Source: Raja brachyura
Lineage: Eukaryota
DNA length: 64,000 bases
Direction: 5' to 3'
Assembly: GCA_963514005.1 (NCBI GenBank)
Contig: OY740784.1
Location: 17,732,001-17,796,000 of the forward strand
This document shows, one piece after another, positions 63,865 through 64,000 of this stretch; positions within the stretch are counted from its first letter, which is position 1, and each line of letters starts with the position of its first letter. A program made the position numbers and the translations under genes. The notes under the pieces were generated by a model. That model had not been told where the DNA came from. It made no database searches and worked only from the letters and a program-made list of their open reading frames with translations.

Positions 63865-63980
63865 TGAAGTCTGAAGAAGGGTCCAGTCTGAAGAAGGGTC
63901 TCGACCCGAAACGTCGCCTATCTCCTTCGCTCCTTAGATGCTGCTGCACCCGCTGAGTTTCTCCAGCTTTTTGTGTAACC
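63865..63980 (+). mobile_element. Minimal Penelope pLTR-derived insertion
   Basis: 15-bp TSD CACTACTTCAAATTC (63850-63864, 63981-63995); tandem agtctgaagaagggtc. Confidence 0.88.
63888..63915 (+). ncRNA. Minimal type-I hammerhead ribozyme core
   Basis: CTGAAGA-A-GGGTC-TC-GACCC-GAAA-C-GTC: core boxes, perfect stem II, palindromic ACGT stem III and GUC cleavage triplet. Stem I is very short. Confidence 0.65.
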
Positions 63981-64000
63981 CACTACTTCAAATTCATTCA

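Overview
AT-rich vertebrate genomic DNA. The repeat content (HE1-like tRNA/V-SINEs, HER1/CR1-type LINEs, Penelope-derived repeats) points to a cartilaginous fish, probably a skate or ray; this is an inference. The whole window lies inside one + strand gene, EPB41L3 (protein 4.1B/DAL-1). I traced 16 well-supported GT-AG coding exons that join in frame (2613 nt, 871 aa): most of the FERM domain, the FERM-adjacent region, the U2 region including a large hydrophobic exon, the spectrin-actin-binding exons and U3. Two further in-frame cassette exons are candidates. The start and stop codons lie outside the window. Introns are rich in transposons, many with clear target-site duplications (TSDs). Most interesting: (1) a Neptune-type Penelope element and about 15 short derivatives carrying minimal hammerhead-ribozyme cores; (2) a 145-bp TSD-flanked retroposon headed by a degenerate HDV-like ribozyme; (3) four Harbinger-like MITEs that share termini but have different interiors; (4) apparently ancient splicing-control features (4.1R exon-16-like cassette with the same weak donor and a downstream Rbfox site, tandem acceptors, AG-exclusion zones); (5) inverted CR1 pairs placed where they could drive circRNA formation. 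All assignments are by eye and from recalled homolog sequences; no searches were run.
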